This document shows, piece after piece, positions 54,101 through 64,000 of a stretch of 64,000 nt of DNA. The position numbers and the translations under genes were made by a program. Source of the DNA: Antedon mediterranea (taxonomy: Eukaryota > Animalia > Echinodermata); the NCBI RefSeq assembly GCF_964355755.1, contig NC_092678.1, positions 11,840,352-11,904,351 of the forward strand, read 5' to 3'. Every line of letters begins with the position of its first letter. The first letter of the stretch is position 1. Under the pieces are notes generated by a model. It did not search any database. It was given only the letters and a program-made list of their open reading frames with translations, and was not told where the DNA came from.

Positions 54101-57100
54101 TTGTCCATCATATAAAGAAATAATAGAAATTCTTCTTAAAGATGAATTAAAAATGAATATAACCAAAGAAAGTAAAAAGAAGGGTTATTCTTACCTGCAT
54201 GTCAGCATATTCAGGTGTCAGTACAGTGTCTATGATGTGTATTATACCATTAGTTGGTTATTCTTGTGCATGTCAGCATATTCAGGTGTCAGTACAGTGT
54301 CTATGATGTGTATTATACCATTAGTTGGTTATTCTTACCTGCATGTCAGCATATTCAGGTGTCAGTACAGTGTCTATGATGTGTATTATACCATTAGTTG
54401 GTTATTCTTGTGCATGTCAGCATATTCAGGTGTCAGTACAGTGTCTATGATGTGTATTATACCATTAGTTGGTTATTCTTACCTGCATGTCACCATATTC
54501 AGGTGTCAGTACAGTGTCTATGATGTGTATTATACCATTAGTTGGTTATTCTTACCTGCATGTCAGCATATTCAGGTGTCAGTACAGTGTCTATGATGTG
54601 TATTATACCATTAGTTGGTTATTCTTACCTGCATGTCACCATATTCAGGTGTCAGTACAGTGTCTATGATGTGTATTATACCATTAGTTGGTTATTCTTA
54701 CCCGCATGTCAGCATATTCAGGTGTCAGTACAGTGTCTATGATGTGTATTATACCATTAGTTGGTTATTCTTACCTGCATGTCACCATATTCAGGTGTCA
54801 GTACAGTGTATATGATGTGTATTATACCATTAGTTGGTTATTCTTACCTGCATGTCACCATATTCAGGTGTCAGTACAGTGTCTATGATGTGTATTATAC
54901 CATTAGTTGGTTATTCTTACCTGCATGTCAGCATATTCAGGTGGAAGTACAGTGTCTATGATGTGTATTATACCATTAGTTGGTTATTCTTGTGCATGTC
55001 AGCATATTCAGGTGTCAGTACAGTGTCTATGATGTGTATTATATCATTAGTTGGTTATTCTTACCTGCATGTCACCATATTCAGGTGTCAGTAAAGTGTC
55101 TATGATGTGTATTATACCATTAGTTGGTTATTCTTACCTGCATGTCAGCATATTCAGGTGTCAGTACAGTGTCTATGATGTGTATTATATCATTAGTTGG
55201 TTATTCTTACCTGCATGTCACCATATTCAGGTGTCAGTACAGTGTCAATGATGTGTATTATACCATTAGTTGCTTCTATACTTGATATCACTTTTCCAAT
55301 GTCATTTAAAAGCAAACCTGAATTCTATAAAGTGTAAAAGAATGTATATTGTTAGGCCTAAGATAATCTGTTTTTATCACATTTTATTTTCTAGTATATT
55401 TTTTCCGATTTAAACTGTACTCGAATAGAAAATAAATGCTCTGACAGTATACAATTCTCAGAAAATCAGGATTCAGGATGGGAGGAGGGGGGGGGGGGGG
55501 GGCGGCAAGCCTGCTGGGGGACCCTTATAACTGAAAGACAGGAGGTTTTTGATTTTCAGTGTGATAGAACTCCTTAGGGTAGATATTGGAATCACTCAGG
55601 CTAAGCTTTTCAATGAGCCTCAATAACCAAACAAACAGTAGCCAGAAAGACTGTAGTATAACAATCTTAGCTATTAACTAATATTCTGCATACTAACAAT
55701 CAATGCCATTTTTAACTTCTGTCCATTAGTTGTTGTGATTTGCATCATCTTCTCTAGTTGGCTAACATTGAGGGCAGCACATCCAATAGTAAGGTAGTCC
55801 ACAATGTCAGCAATTTGGTCATTTTCTTGCCAGATTTCCACCTGATAATCAAGACAAAAAAGTATAATTTTATATCAAATTTAAATAAATAACAAATTTG
55901 ATGTAACTGAATGCAACAAGAACATCAGTGAAAAAAACACAAGAAACCTAAATTATTTAATCTAAATTGTTTAGATTGTTTTAGCAATGAACTAATCAAT
56001 TACCATTTAATATCTGCACAATGTTTAACCAGATTTGCATAGTGTGAAGGCATTTTTGTGAAAATTTTACAGGGAACCACTAGCAAGGTCTATAAAAAAC
56101 TTTATACAAATTCTATTAAAAACACTATGAACATTCTATACACGGTCTAAAAACTTAACTTCTCCCAAGACTTCAAAGGTTCACTTATACCAAAGAATAT
56201 ATATCACAAGAATGAGTATTCCGCGATTTTTGCATGAGAAATTTGTAACAGAGAGCTCCAGTGAGTGATGCCCGCCCTCATGAGGGCGGATGTATACATA
56301 CTAAATAAGACTTGATTTAATAGATATTATACATGTCACATTAAATAGAATTATGATAATATATTTCGCAATTGTAAACTATTTTATAATACATATTTAT
56401 TAACAAACTAGTGTACATTCACTTTTACAGACAATTATTTACTAACATGCTAAATTAGTTCACAAAAAAGGCCTAACACAGCAACACCAAAATCAATCAA
56501 ATCAGCACGGCCTATTCTTTACCATTGCCGCGTACTACTCTACGCCCGGTAAATTAAGTATTGTTTTTATGATATAAATTAGTATAAAATACATGTTATT
56601 AATAGGATAAAATGTTAAATGCATTAACATTTATTTGTTTTACCAGAAACAAGTTAAATATAGGAATATTATTAAACTATCCTTCGTGAAAACGCGTAAA
56701 CACCAACACGCCCGGTCACGCTATCGTAGCGCCCGGTTGATAAAGCGAACTGTTTAAAATACGGCAGTTTTTACTAAATAAATTGCATAAATCGAACAAT
56801 TAAATATCCAAATAGCATTTAACATGATGTTGGCATGTAGTTGATAACATTTTTTATCATGAAAATACTACCGGTGGTCCAGCCTTTGATTAGTGAAACC
56901 GTCACAAAAAGTTGTATACATCCCAGATACATCCTCACTTATGGCGGCGCCCTACCACATGGACAATATTACTGTTACAGGGAAAATCGCGGATTACTCA
57001 TTCTTGTGATATATATTCTTTGCTTATACACAGTGTAAAAGGGTATACACAAGAAATAATTTACCATTTTAGCGGGCGTGTGTCATCTTACCCATTTCAG

Positions 57101-60100
57101 TTTATTCAGAACCGTCTGATGACAAAACAAAAATAAAGTTTGCTTTCTCATTCCATACCAATTAATAGATCTTACCTGATCACTATGCAATTTATCAAAT
57201 GCAGAGTTATGTGGTGCTAGAATGGTGTATGATCCCTCAACAGATAACCAGAGATGATGCAATGCCTAAAAGGTAAAACAATAAATCAATTTATTAAAGT
57301 AAATGTAACGAGATAAGTCTAGGGAAGAAGATGTTAAGGGTAGGTTGAAAAAGTTCTCAGTTATCCCAAGGTTTCTTGTAGTATGTAGTATAGTCTTTGA
57401 CTTGAACCTTCTCCATCAATCCAGTGCAAATACTCTTACTATTTCAGAAGATATAATAATAAATAACATTATATACATACATACAGTACATACATACAGT
57501 ACATACATACAGTACATACATACAGTACATACATACAGTACATACATACAGTACATACAGTACATACATACAGTACATACATACAGTACATACATACAGT
57601 ACATACATACAGTACATACATACAGTACATACATACAGTACATACATACAGTACATACATACAGTACATACATACATACAGTACATACATACAGTACATA
57701 AATACAGTACATACATACAGTACATACATACAGTACATACATACAGTACATACATACAGTACATACATACAGTACATACATACAGTACATACATACAGTA
57801 CATAAATACAGTACATACATACATACAGTACAAGGTCCATGTAATAAATATAAATGCTTACATTTGTTTGTATAATCCTATTAAAAGTACTGAGTTGTGA
57901 ATTTAATGCCAATTCCTACAAATAAAATATTTTGAATATTAACACACGCAAATTCACAAGAATAAAACACAGTGTAAAACTACATACATACTGTACAAAG
58001 CTATCTAAAATAACAACAATAAAATGCATTAAAAGATAATTTATCTAACAAATATTTTTGCTTTGTTTTTTTACTATGAAAAAAATGAACATTAGGCCAT
58101 ATAAGTTTTTATTGTTTTAAATTTTGCATGGAAGGTTGAGTGGAAAAACAATTTTTAATAGTTTCTTACATTTTGGTTTGGGCATGAAAAAGGAATTGTA
58201 TGCGTTAAAAATATTAATATATTAATGCTGTGGGTATTAGGGCCGGATCCTAAAATAGATAAAAAAAAATAAAAAAAAGCTACAGTCAGAACAAAATTAC
58301 AGGGGTTTGGGTAAAATATTAATACATTATTGAGCACAGTGGCGGTTACAGTATAACAAAGAAGTCAATATATAAAAAAAGAAATGCCCCTATTAAAATC
58401 AATACTATATTATTATTAGCATATCACATATTATATAACACCTAAATAAATTCCTGTCATTTGATTGAACGAATGTGGGTCACATGGCGTGCAATAGTAC
58501 ACACTATTAAACGATCGTTTAATAGTACTTTTTAAAACATTTTGTGTACGAAAAAAAAAACGTTTCGCGGATGAAATAAAATTGTTGTTTGTAAACACCA
58601 CCGCGAGATATGCAACAGTAGCAGATTTTTGTTAGACTTGCCCCAAGTCTGTATTGTTTTTTTTAAAATTTATTTGTTTTTATTTCGACCGCGATTTTTG
58701 TCTGAAAATACAGACTTGTGAAACACGTATAGAAATCGATTTGCAGACCGCAAACATCCGATAAGAATGACGTAGGTTATCATACCGTATTTGGCTATAT
58801 GGGGCGGGCGGTATGTAAATATGGATTTCGAATCAACCACCAATGATCATTTTGTTTCAAAATGAAAAAGATCGAGTAGGCCAACGTACAGTGCTGAATG
58901 TACGATCGAGACTGTTAAAATATGAAATCGTGTTGCCAAGTTGTTTTGTTTATTAATTGTTTAGTCCTTAGCCTAGGCCTCCTTCGTAGGTCCTACTCAA
59001 CTCGCACGTATGACCTGCCAAATAAAACGCCAATAAGGTAGGCCTACATAATACCACCACCGGCACACAACAGGATTCACACACAACAGGGCTACACCAC
59101 TACACAGAACAGGACAGGTCTGGGTGGGAATTAAATCAAATTATCTCCGCGTAATATTAAATCAGGGAGATGTAAATTACATCTCCCTGATTAAATGATC
59201 CATATAAAATCCTTTCTAGCCTTCAGAAACTTTCATCAATGTACCCAAAGTACACATTGTCTAAACGTAACATAGCGCATGCGTACCATCTTAGTTGTTG
59301 AGTCTTTGAAATTCTGAAATATGAATATTAAAACAGTGTACGAGTGAGTAGCCAATCGCATGCAGCTGAAACTAGTCAACCGGATAATCTATGCACCAAG
59401 AATTCTTGGTGTCAAACCACGTGACTTTTGCGTGTTTCCCCAGACGGAGTATCCAAACTCAAGTAATACACGTATGAAACGCCATATGTGCAAAAATATT
59501 TATATTTTTACTAATATTAAGAAAAAACTCCGTCTGGAGCCCAGACTAGATTTTTGTGTACGATTTGGAGATATATATGTATTAATTTCATTCAAAAAAT
59601 CATTTAAATTAGCTTTAGGTCGTTTTTAGGATTTTGATTAATTAATGGGGACATCCCTACAAGACGTGGAATTGTTGGAAAAACCATAATTAGCCAAGAT
59701 AAGTTCTAATTGTCTGTCAAAGTTTTGCCTTTCAGCCAATCTAGTACTACTACTAGACCTAGCTAGGCCTGTTAGTATTAGGCTAGGCCCAGCCTAGGCG
59801 TTTTAGCCTTGCTAGGTCTAAGATTGTTTGGTCGTTTGTTGACATAATTAACACTAAAGTAGGTGTGTTTAGAAAATCCATATAAATATAACATTTAATA
59901 TAATATTAAAAACTAAATGTTACGGTTTTAATCAATCTGAATGAAGGCCTCTTGGCTAGGGCTACCTTATATTTGATTCAAATGACAGGAATCTATTTAG
60001 ATGTTATATAAAACAAATAATGAATGTTTTATATTCGTGTAATGGTACAAATAATGGCATTTGGTGAATGATGAAAGGTTATATAAACAAGGCAACGCCG

Positions 60101-63100
60101 AGTTGATATAACCTTTCATCATTCACCTCATGCCATTATTTGTACCATTACACTCATAAACATTCATTATTTGTATAGTAAAGAATTTTACCTCAGCAAC
60201 ATTACCAATACAATTGAAGCCATCACCCACATGCCCTTCAAAGCATGTACATGTCCTAATGTTAGCCCCAGTCAACTGGCACGTTGCACGTATACTACAG
60301 TTACCATTGCTGGATGAACACGGATTCTGCCAGCGGCAAGAATTGATGCCATCTCCAGTAAAATTTGTTTTGCAGTTGCAGATATTCTGGAAGAACATAT
60401 ATATATATATACGGCCAATTAGTTTTTTTTTTGTTTACAATAGTTGAGTTTAAAGTTGAGTTGTGTATGTATATAAATACACAGAGAGACTTGACTTAAG
60501 TATTTTATATAATATTTACGTTATTGTTCTTATTTTAAATCTTCTTGACTTAAGTCCATCAAGGCACCGCCAACGATTCGACAAGTCTCTCTGGTTATCT
60601 TGATCTCTCAAAGCATGTCTAAATTAACATTTTCCCCCTTCACACACTTTATAAAAATATTCTACAATTCATTAAATTGGCACAGTTACTATACTTATCT
60701 GGCACTTACAAATAAGTCATGTTAATAAATGATTGTTATTTTGTTGTTATTATAGGCACACATAAACATAGCCATGCTACAGGTAGCCACAGAACATACA
60801 GTATTATGGAGAAAAAAGTGAGGTGGTGTGTATGAAAATACAGCGTACGCATGAGATGTAAAAAGAGGACACACTTGGCCAGACTCATGATTAAAAAAAA
60901 GTAATATTAGTTGTAATTTTGTTTATTTAGTGTATTGTTTACAGATGTATTTGGATCAGTGTGAATACAATCAGTGGATTGAACTTACTTTATTTGGACC
61001 AGTGTGAATACAATCAGTGGATTGAACTACTTTATTTGGACCAGTGTGAATACAATCAGTGGATTGAACTTTCTTTATTTGAACCAGTGTGAATACAATC
61101 AGTGGATTGAACTTACTTTATTTGGACCAGTGTGAATACAATCAGTGGATTGAACTTTCTTTATTTGAACCAGTGTGAATACAATCAGTGGATTGAACTT
61201 ACTTTATTTGGACCAGTGTGAATACAATCAGTAGATTGAACTTACTTTATTTGGACCAGTGTGAATACAATCGGTGGATTGAACTTACTTTATTTGGACC
61301 AGTGTGAATACAATCAGTGGATTGAACTTACTTTATTTGGACCAGTGTGAATACAATCAGTGGATTGAACTTACTTTATTTGGACCAGTGTGAATACAAT
61401 CAATAGATTGAACTTACTTTATTTGGACCAGTGTGATTACAATCAGTGGATTGAACTTACTTTATTTGGACCAGTGTGAATACAATCGGTGGATTGAACT
61501 TACTTTATTTGGACCAGTGTGAATACAATCAGTGGATTGAACTTACTTTATTTGGACCAGTGTGAATACAATCAGTGGATTGAACTTACTTTATTTGGAC
61601 CAGTGTGAATACAATCAGTGGATTGAACTTACTTTATTTGGACCAGTGTGAATACAATCAGTGGATTGAACTTACTTTATTTGGACCAGTGTGAATACAA
61701 TCAGTGGATTGAACTTACTTTATTTGGACCAGTGTGAATACAATCAGTGGATTGAACTTACTTTATTTGGACCAGTGTGAATACAATCGGCATTTTGATG
61801 ACAACCCCCATGATCATGCAAACATGGATTAATTTCTAAACGTTATTATGAAATGAAAACAAAAACAATGAATTAGAATGAGTGTAAAATAATCCTATGG
61901 CTTTATTAAACTTAAAAAGTGAATATTTTAAGTAAAATATGGATATGGTACACATATCCTCATTTTTTTCCCTGAAATTTAGTTATTGTACCCAATGTAT
62001 CAGGGGTATCATGCAAATAATTGCGTTTTTAGAGTAACAGCAGCAAACAGAAAGCTCTTTTTTCGAACAGAAATAATAACCTAGGTGAATTTTAATTTTT
62101 TGAATTTAAAAAATGTGAAATGATTCACAATACAAAAAAAACCCATATTTTTTAAAATGTATTCATTTTTTTATATTTGATTGGAATATGTGGTAGTTTT
62201 TCAATTTATTACACATTTAAAAGCAAAAAAATACAATAAACAAAAAAAAAAAAAATAATGTTTTGTGAAGATACAAGGCAACAACGATAAATGATTATAT
62301 AAACATAACTGAGCAAGATTGTAAATAAAACACTAATAATATGTCAATGTCAACAAAAACAAAAAATGAATCAAATGGATGCATTTTTAATAAATTTAAT
62401 AATTTCCGGAATAATATAATAATATGCAAATTAAATTCGTGCAAAATGAACATTTGGTAATAGGTTTGGTTATATACAATACCTTGACAAACTATACCAT
62501 CGCCATAGTAACCATCAATGCAACTACAGTTACGGCCTCCTTGTGGTAAAGACATACACACTGCATTCTGAGAACAGTCATTATCAACGTCGCATAAACT
62601 GACAGCTGACAAAAGACAAAATTGTAAATTCATACAAAATGGTGCTTTTTGTAAGAACACCTTTAATGCTGCAACTATAGTGTGCCTAGTGAATATGAGA
62701 GAGCTAAACATTTTTTTTCCATGGCAAAACTAAATGGTTTCTGCTAAGGAAAAAATAAAGGAGGTAGAATGATATTTCTGATTAATACGGTTCACAGTTT
62801 CTAGTGGTAGGGATATAGCATGTAATTTATATCAAATGATTAATACGGTTCACAGTTTTAGTGGTAGGGATATAGCATGTAATTTATATCAAATGATTAA
62901 TACGGTTCACAGTTTCTACTAGTAGGGATATAGCATGTAATTTATATCAAATGATTAATACGGTTCACAGTTTTAGTGGTAGGGATATAGCATGTAATTT
63001 ATATCAAATGATTAATATGGTTCACAGTTTCTAGTGGTAGGGATATAGCATGTAATTTATATCAAATGATTAATATGGTTCACAGTTTTAGTGGTAGGGA

Positions 63101-63518
63101 TATAGCATGTAATTTATATCAAATGATTAATACAGTTCACAGTTTCTAGTGGTAGGGATATAGCATGTAATTTATATCAAATAAAAGTGGCATACATAAT
63201 TTACCCATTTTTTCAAACTAAATCTAAATGGGCAAAATTTGACTCTTTGGTAGATGAGTATATGAACATGCAATGTGTAATGTAATGTAAATAAGATAAG
63301 GAAAGGTAAATGTTTTCTAACCTTCACAGTAAGTGCCATTGCCAGAAAAACCAAAAGAACAAACACACTGTGAAACATAACAACTGAAAAACAATAAGCC
63401 AAAAATATAAATAACACTTCATCACCCCATTAAAATAATAACCAAAATAAAAGACAATGAATAATAAATACTTACTAAGCTGAGGTGTGACAATTTGTAC
63501 ATGTTCCATTAATATCAG
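21140..63518 (-). CDS. Stabilin-like scavenger receptor (EGF clusters + FAS1 domains + TM + cytoplasmic tail); 3' portion, 5' end beyond the right edge
   Basis: Phase-consistent exons 63476-63518, 63322-63383, 62483-62605, 61762-61835, 60192-60386 (EGF); 57862-57915, 57176-57265, 55698-55841, 55211-55324 (FAS1: [24 protein letters not shown]); 53651-53884, 53269-53358, 52744-52887 (FAS1: [11 protein letters not shown]); 51991-52047, 51576-51705, 44075-44221, 43641-43853, 43031-43221, 42579-42729, 42075-42199 (Cys-rich/EGF); 39516-39614, 38596-38715, 38249-38377 (FAS1: ATNGVLHVL); 35306-35446 (TM); 33039-33155 (FVNPSF). Terminal exon 21140-21178 is tentative. Confidence 0.88.
21262..22198. repeat. 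37-bp minisatellite
   Basis: (gtaccatttagtagtgtctttgagattggtagacatg)n, about 25 copies. Confidence 0.95.
22317..22925 (-). repeat. 3' LTR
   Basis: 609-bp direct repeat of 31042-31650; the adjacent 22926-22946 reads AAAAAAGGGAAACAGAGGGA-like on the minus strand (PPT). Confidence 0.96.
24207..25027 (+). mobile_element. 5'-truncated RTE-clade LINE inserted into the Gypsy pol tail
   Basis: ORF with [37 protein letters not shown]; (TAGA)n tail; 12-bp TSD ATCTTAGTTGGA at 24195-24206 and 25028-25039. Confidence 0.93.
29316..29359 (-). promoter_or_regulatory. Putative -1 ribosomal frameshift signal (gag-pol)
   Basis: G GAT TTT heptamer in gag phase directly before the gag TAA; 6-nt spacer; hairpin GGGG-A-CTAGAT...ATCTGG-CCCC; pol is open in the -1 frame. 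Confidence 0.75.
29350..30309 (-). CDS. gag: Gypsy gag
   Basis: 319-aa intact ORF; capsid-like region (LQGQARLW) and CCHC knuckle [14 protein letters not shown]. Confidence 0.93.
   Translation of the reverse strand: MVDVVDNEVILNEPVNPHPVPHLRQTDFLPKRYDGSITDHDQCSAHYLSFTDYLEAHTLENPVNNAQLINVISIFKRSLQGQARLWIEGKQFDSLESLKTQFINRFSKNKSIYAHIREYDSITYTTGDNAEKHLTKIKQAADRIGYADQQIKNKFISTLPPKCRAAVAMSTPIDATIDNIVNSTQNYLDLSVDDSTREVSFNINKETDNSLESLQHEINSLKLDIATTKRSLNDDTRRSRSPTRNYIPRRNRSPSPYKPRFQTPPTPRYRQPPPTCYYCGKPGHIARHCRQQNPSYGNYPPPYPYQQSNNYYPSHQQDF
30765..30902. repeat. Short tandem repeat in the Gypsy 5' leader
   Basis: (gcttgtctcgatctcattcaaatataatttca)n, ~32 bp, about 4 copies. Confidence 0.85.
31024..31041 (-). 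other. Primer binding site
   Basis: TGGTGGAAGACCC... immediately after the 5' LTR, complementary to a tRNA 3' end ...UCCACCA. Primer tRNA not identified. Confidence 0.7.
31042..31650 (-). repeat. 5' LTR
   Basis: 609 bp, TG...CA; no differences from 22317-22925 found by eye. Confidence 0.96.
32200..32271 (-). tRNA. tRNA-like gene with ATC anticodon (probably repeat-associated)
   Basis: GCCCCAGTGGTCTAATGGTTAGGACATCTGCATATCAAGCAGGCGGTCCGAGTTCGAGTCTCGGTTGGGGCG folds into a 72-nt cloverleaf; A and B boxes present; TTTTT two bases downstream. Confidence 0.6.
33373..34876. repeat. 45-bp minisatellite interrupted by a MITE
   Basis: (gctgatcacattaaggtgggctggtttgtgaccttggctgaagtt)n; about 12 copies at 33373-33928 and about 2 at 34794-34876. 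Confidence 0.93.
33929..34793. mobile_element. PIF/Harbinger-like MITE (865 bp)
   Basis: ~37-bp TIRs GG(A/G)TATGTTCAGACTCACGGAGTTACGGTGGAGTTAT; flanks TAA and TTA; splits one minisatellite unit. Confidence 0.85.
35542..35747. mobile_element. Hairpin-end fragment of the element family at 58431-60177
   Basis: Close match to 59975-60177 (tgattcaaatgacaggaatctatttagatgttatataaaacaaataatgaatg...). Confidence 0.7.
35959..37445 (-). mobile_element. Helentron-associated (HINE/DINE-1-like) non-autonomous element
   Basis: On the minus strand: 5' subterminal inverted repeat AGGTTATATGCA...TGCATATAACCT, (TTAT)n tract, 3' copy of GCATATAACCT, stem-loop AATTCGTCA-TAG-TGACGAATT, then CTAG before TTT. Confidence 0.72.
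37466..37910. repeat. 21-bp minisatellite
   Basis: (atatacacaggtgtgtcatac)n, about 21 copies. Confidence 0.95.
39737..42050. repeat. 28/33-bp composite minisatellite
   Basis: (gacatttagaatcagtctcatcacag[g/c/a]t)n with a 33-bp variant containing gcttctac; about 2.3 kb. Confidence 0.95.
44921..45585. repeat. ~194-bp tandem duplication with an internal 84-bp duplication
   Basis: ggtagaaaaataatgaatgttttgtattcgtgg... recurs at about 44922, 45116 and 45394. Confidence 0.88.
45912..47124 (+). mobile_element. 5'-truncated LINE (Rex1/Babar-like, CR1/L2 group)
   Basis: Open RT frame with [38 protein letters not shown]; (CTTGAAT)3 tail. Confidence 0.88.
47520..49125. repeat. 20-bp purine-rich minisatellite
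   Basis: (gagggtaaagaaagagaggt)n, about 80 copies; source of the spurious 572-aa ORFs. Confidence 0.95.
50538..51458. mobile_element. Non-autonomous element: inverted-repeat pair plus terminal long hairpin (family B)
   Basis: TATATTACATAGCC (50538-50551) / GGCTATGTAATATA (51269-51282), then an imperfect ~175-bp palindrome at 51283-51458. Confidence 0.6.
54183..55272. repeat. 73-bp tandem array made of an exon 3' end plus its splice donor
   Basis: Minus-strand unit = last ~60 nt of exon 55211-55324 + GTAAGAATAACC; 15 units. Confidence 0.95.
57470..57832. repeat. 13-bp satellite
   Basis: (tacatacatacag)n with 9- and 17-bp variants. Confidence 0.95.
58431..60177. mobile_element. Non-autonomous element: inverted-repeat pair plus terminal long hairpin (family A)
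   Basis: 34-bp IRs at 58431-58464 and 59978-60011, then a ~165-bp palindrome at 60013-60177; partial second copy at 35542-35747. Confidence 0.68.
60949..61788. repeat. 43-bp tandem array made of an exon 3' end plus its splice donor
   Basis: Minus-strand unit GATTGTATTCACACTGGTCCAAATAAA|GTAAGTTCAATCCACT; about 19-20 copies. Confidence 0.95.
62778..63180. repeat. ~58-bp minisatellite
   Basis: (tgattaatacggttcacagtttctagtggtagggatatagcatgtaatttatatcaaa)n, about 7 copies. Confidence 0.93.
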
Positions 63519-64000
63519 CTGAAAGTACAATGAATGCTCAACTTTAATTGTTTAAAAAAATGGATTTGTTCGTCCCGAGATATTATGTTCAATTATCGTA
63601 AAAGAAGACACTATACACTATTTATATTAGTAATGAGTATTTGACACAAAAACAATTAAGCTAGAAAACCAAATTCAAGTTTGATAGCTTAGGATTTACC
63701 AACTGTGACCACACCCCTATCATTTGCCAAATGTGGGAATGGGTCAAAATGTAAAGTTGGGGAAAAACCAACCCTGATTCGTTATACTCTCCAAGTTGAT
63801 TTTTACGTTGCTTGTTGTGATTCTATGAATAAAACAACAACATTTTGAAGTGTTTAGTTAAGAAGTGTTGGTTTAATAAATAAAGATTGAGATTTGTGAA
63901 AAAGTGCGACATTTAAGGTGTGTGACGTCAGTGTCTGAGGTTGGATCAGATGCTTGAAAAAAATAAATTAAATGAATGAATTTTAAATTTAATAATATCC

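Overview
AT-rich, intron-dense animal (invertebrate-type, possibly echinoderm) genomic window. It holds three minus-strand host genes in tandem: the 3' part of a stabilin-like EGF/FAS1 receptor (runs off the right edge), a complete 11-exon PM20D1 with a GC-AG first intron, and one EGF exon of a gene running off the left edge. A collagen-C1q gene with an in-frame TGA is nested antisense in a stabilin intron. Mobile DNA includes a Gypsy-type LTR element (two 609-bp LTRs that look identical, -1 frameshift signal, HHDD RT motif, RTE LINE inserted in a long Pol tail), two further LINEs and several non-autonomous DNA elements. The most striking signals are: (1) locally derived tandem arrays that start at or include splice donors, two of them amplifying the exon end plus GTAAG about 15-20 times; (2) an uninterrupted EGF module split by a phase-1 intron about where vertebrate stabilins carry the Link module; (3) a fully paired tRNA-like cloverleaf with an ATC anticodon. 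All coordinates, alignments and copy counts were read by eye.
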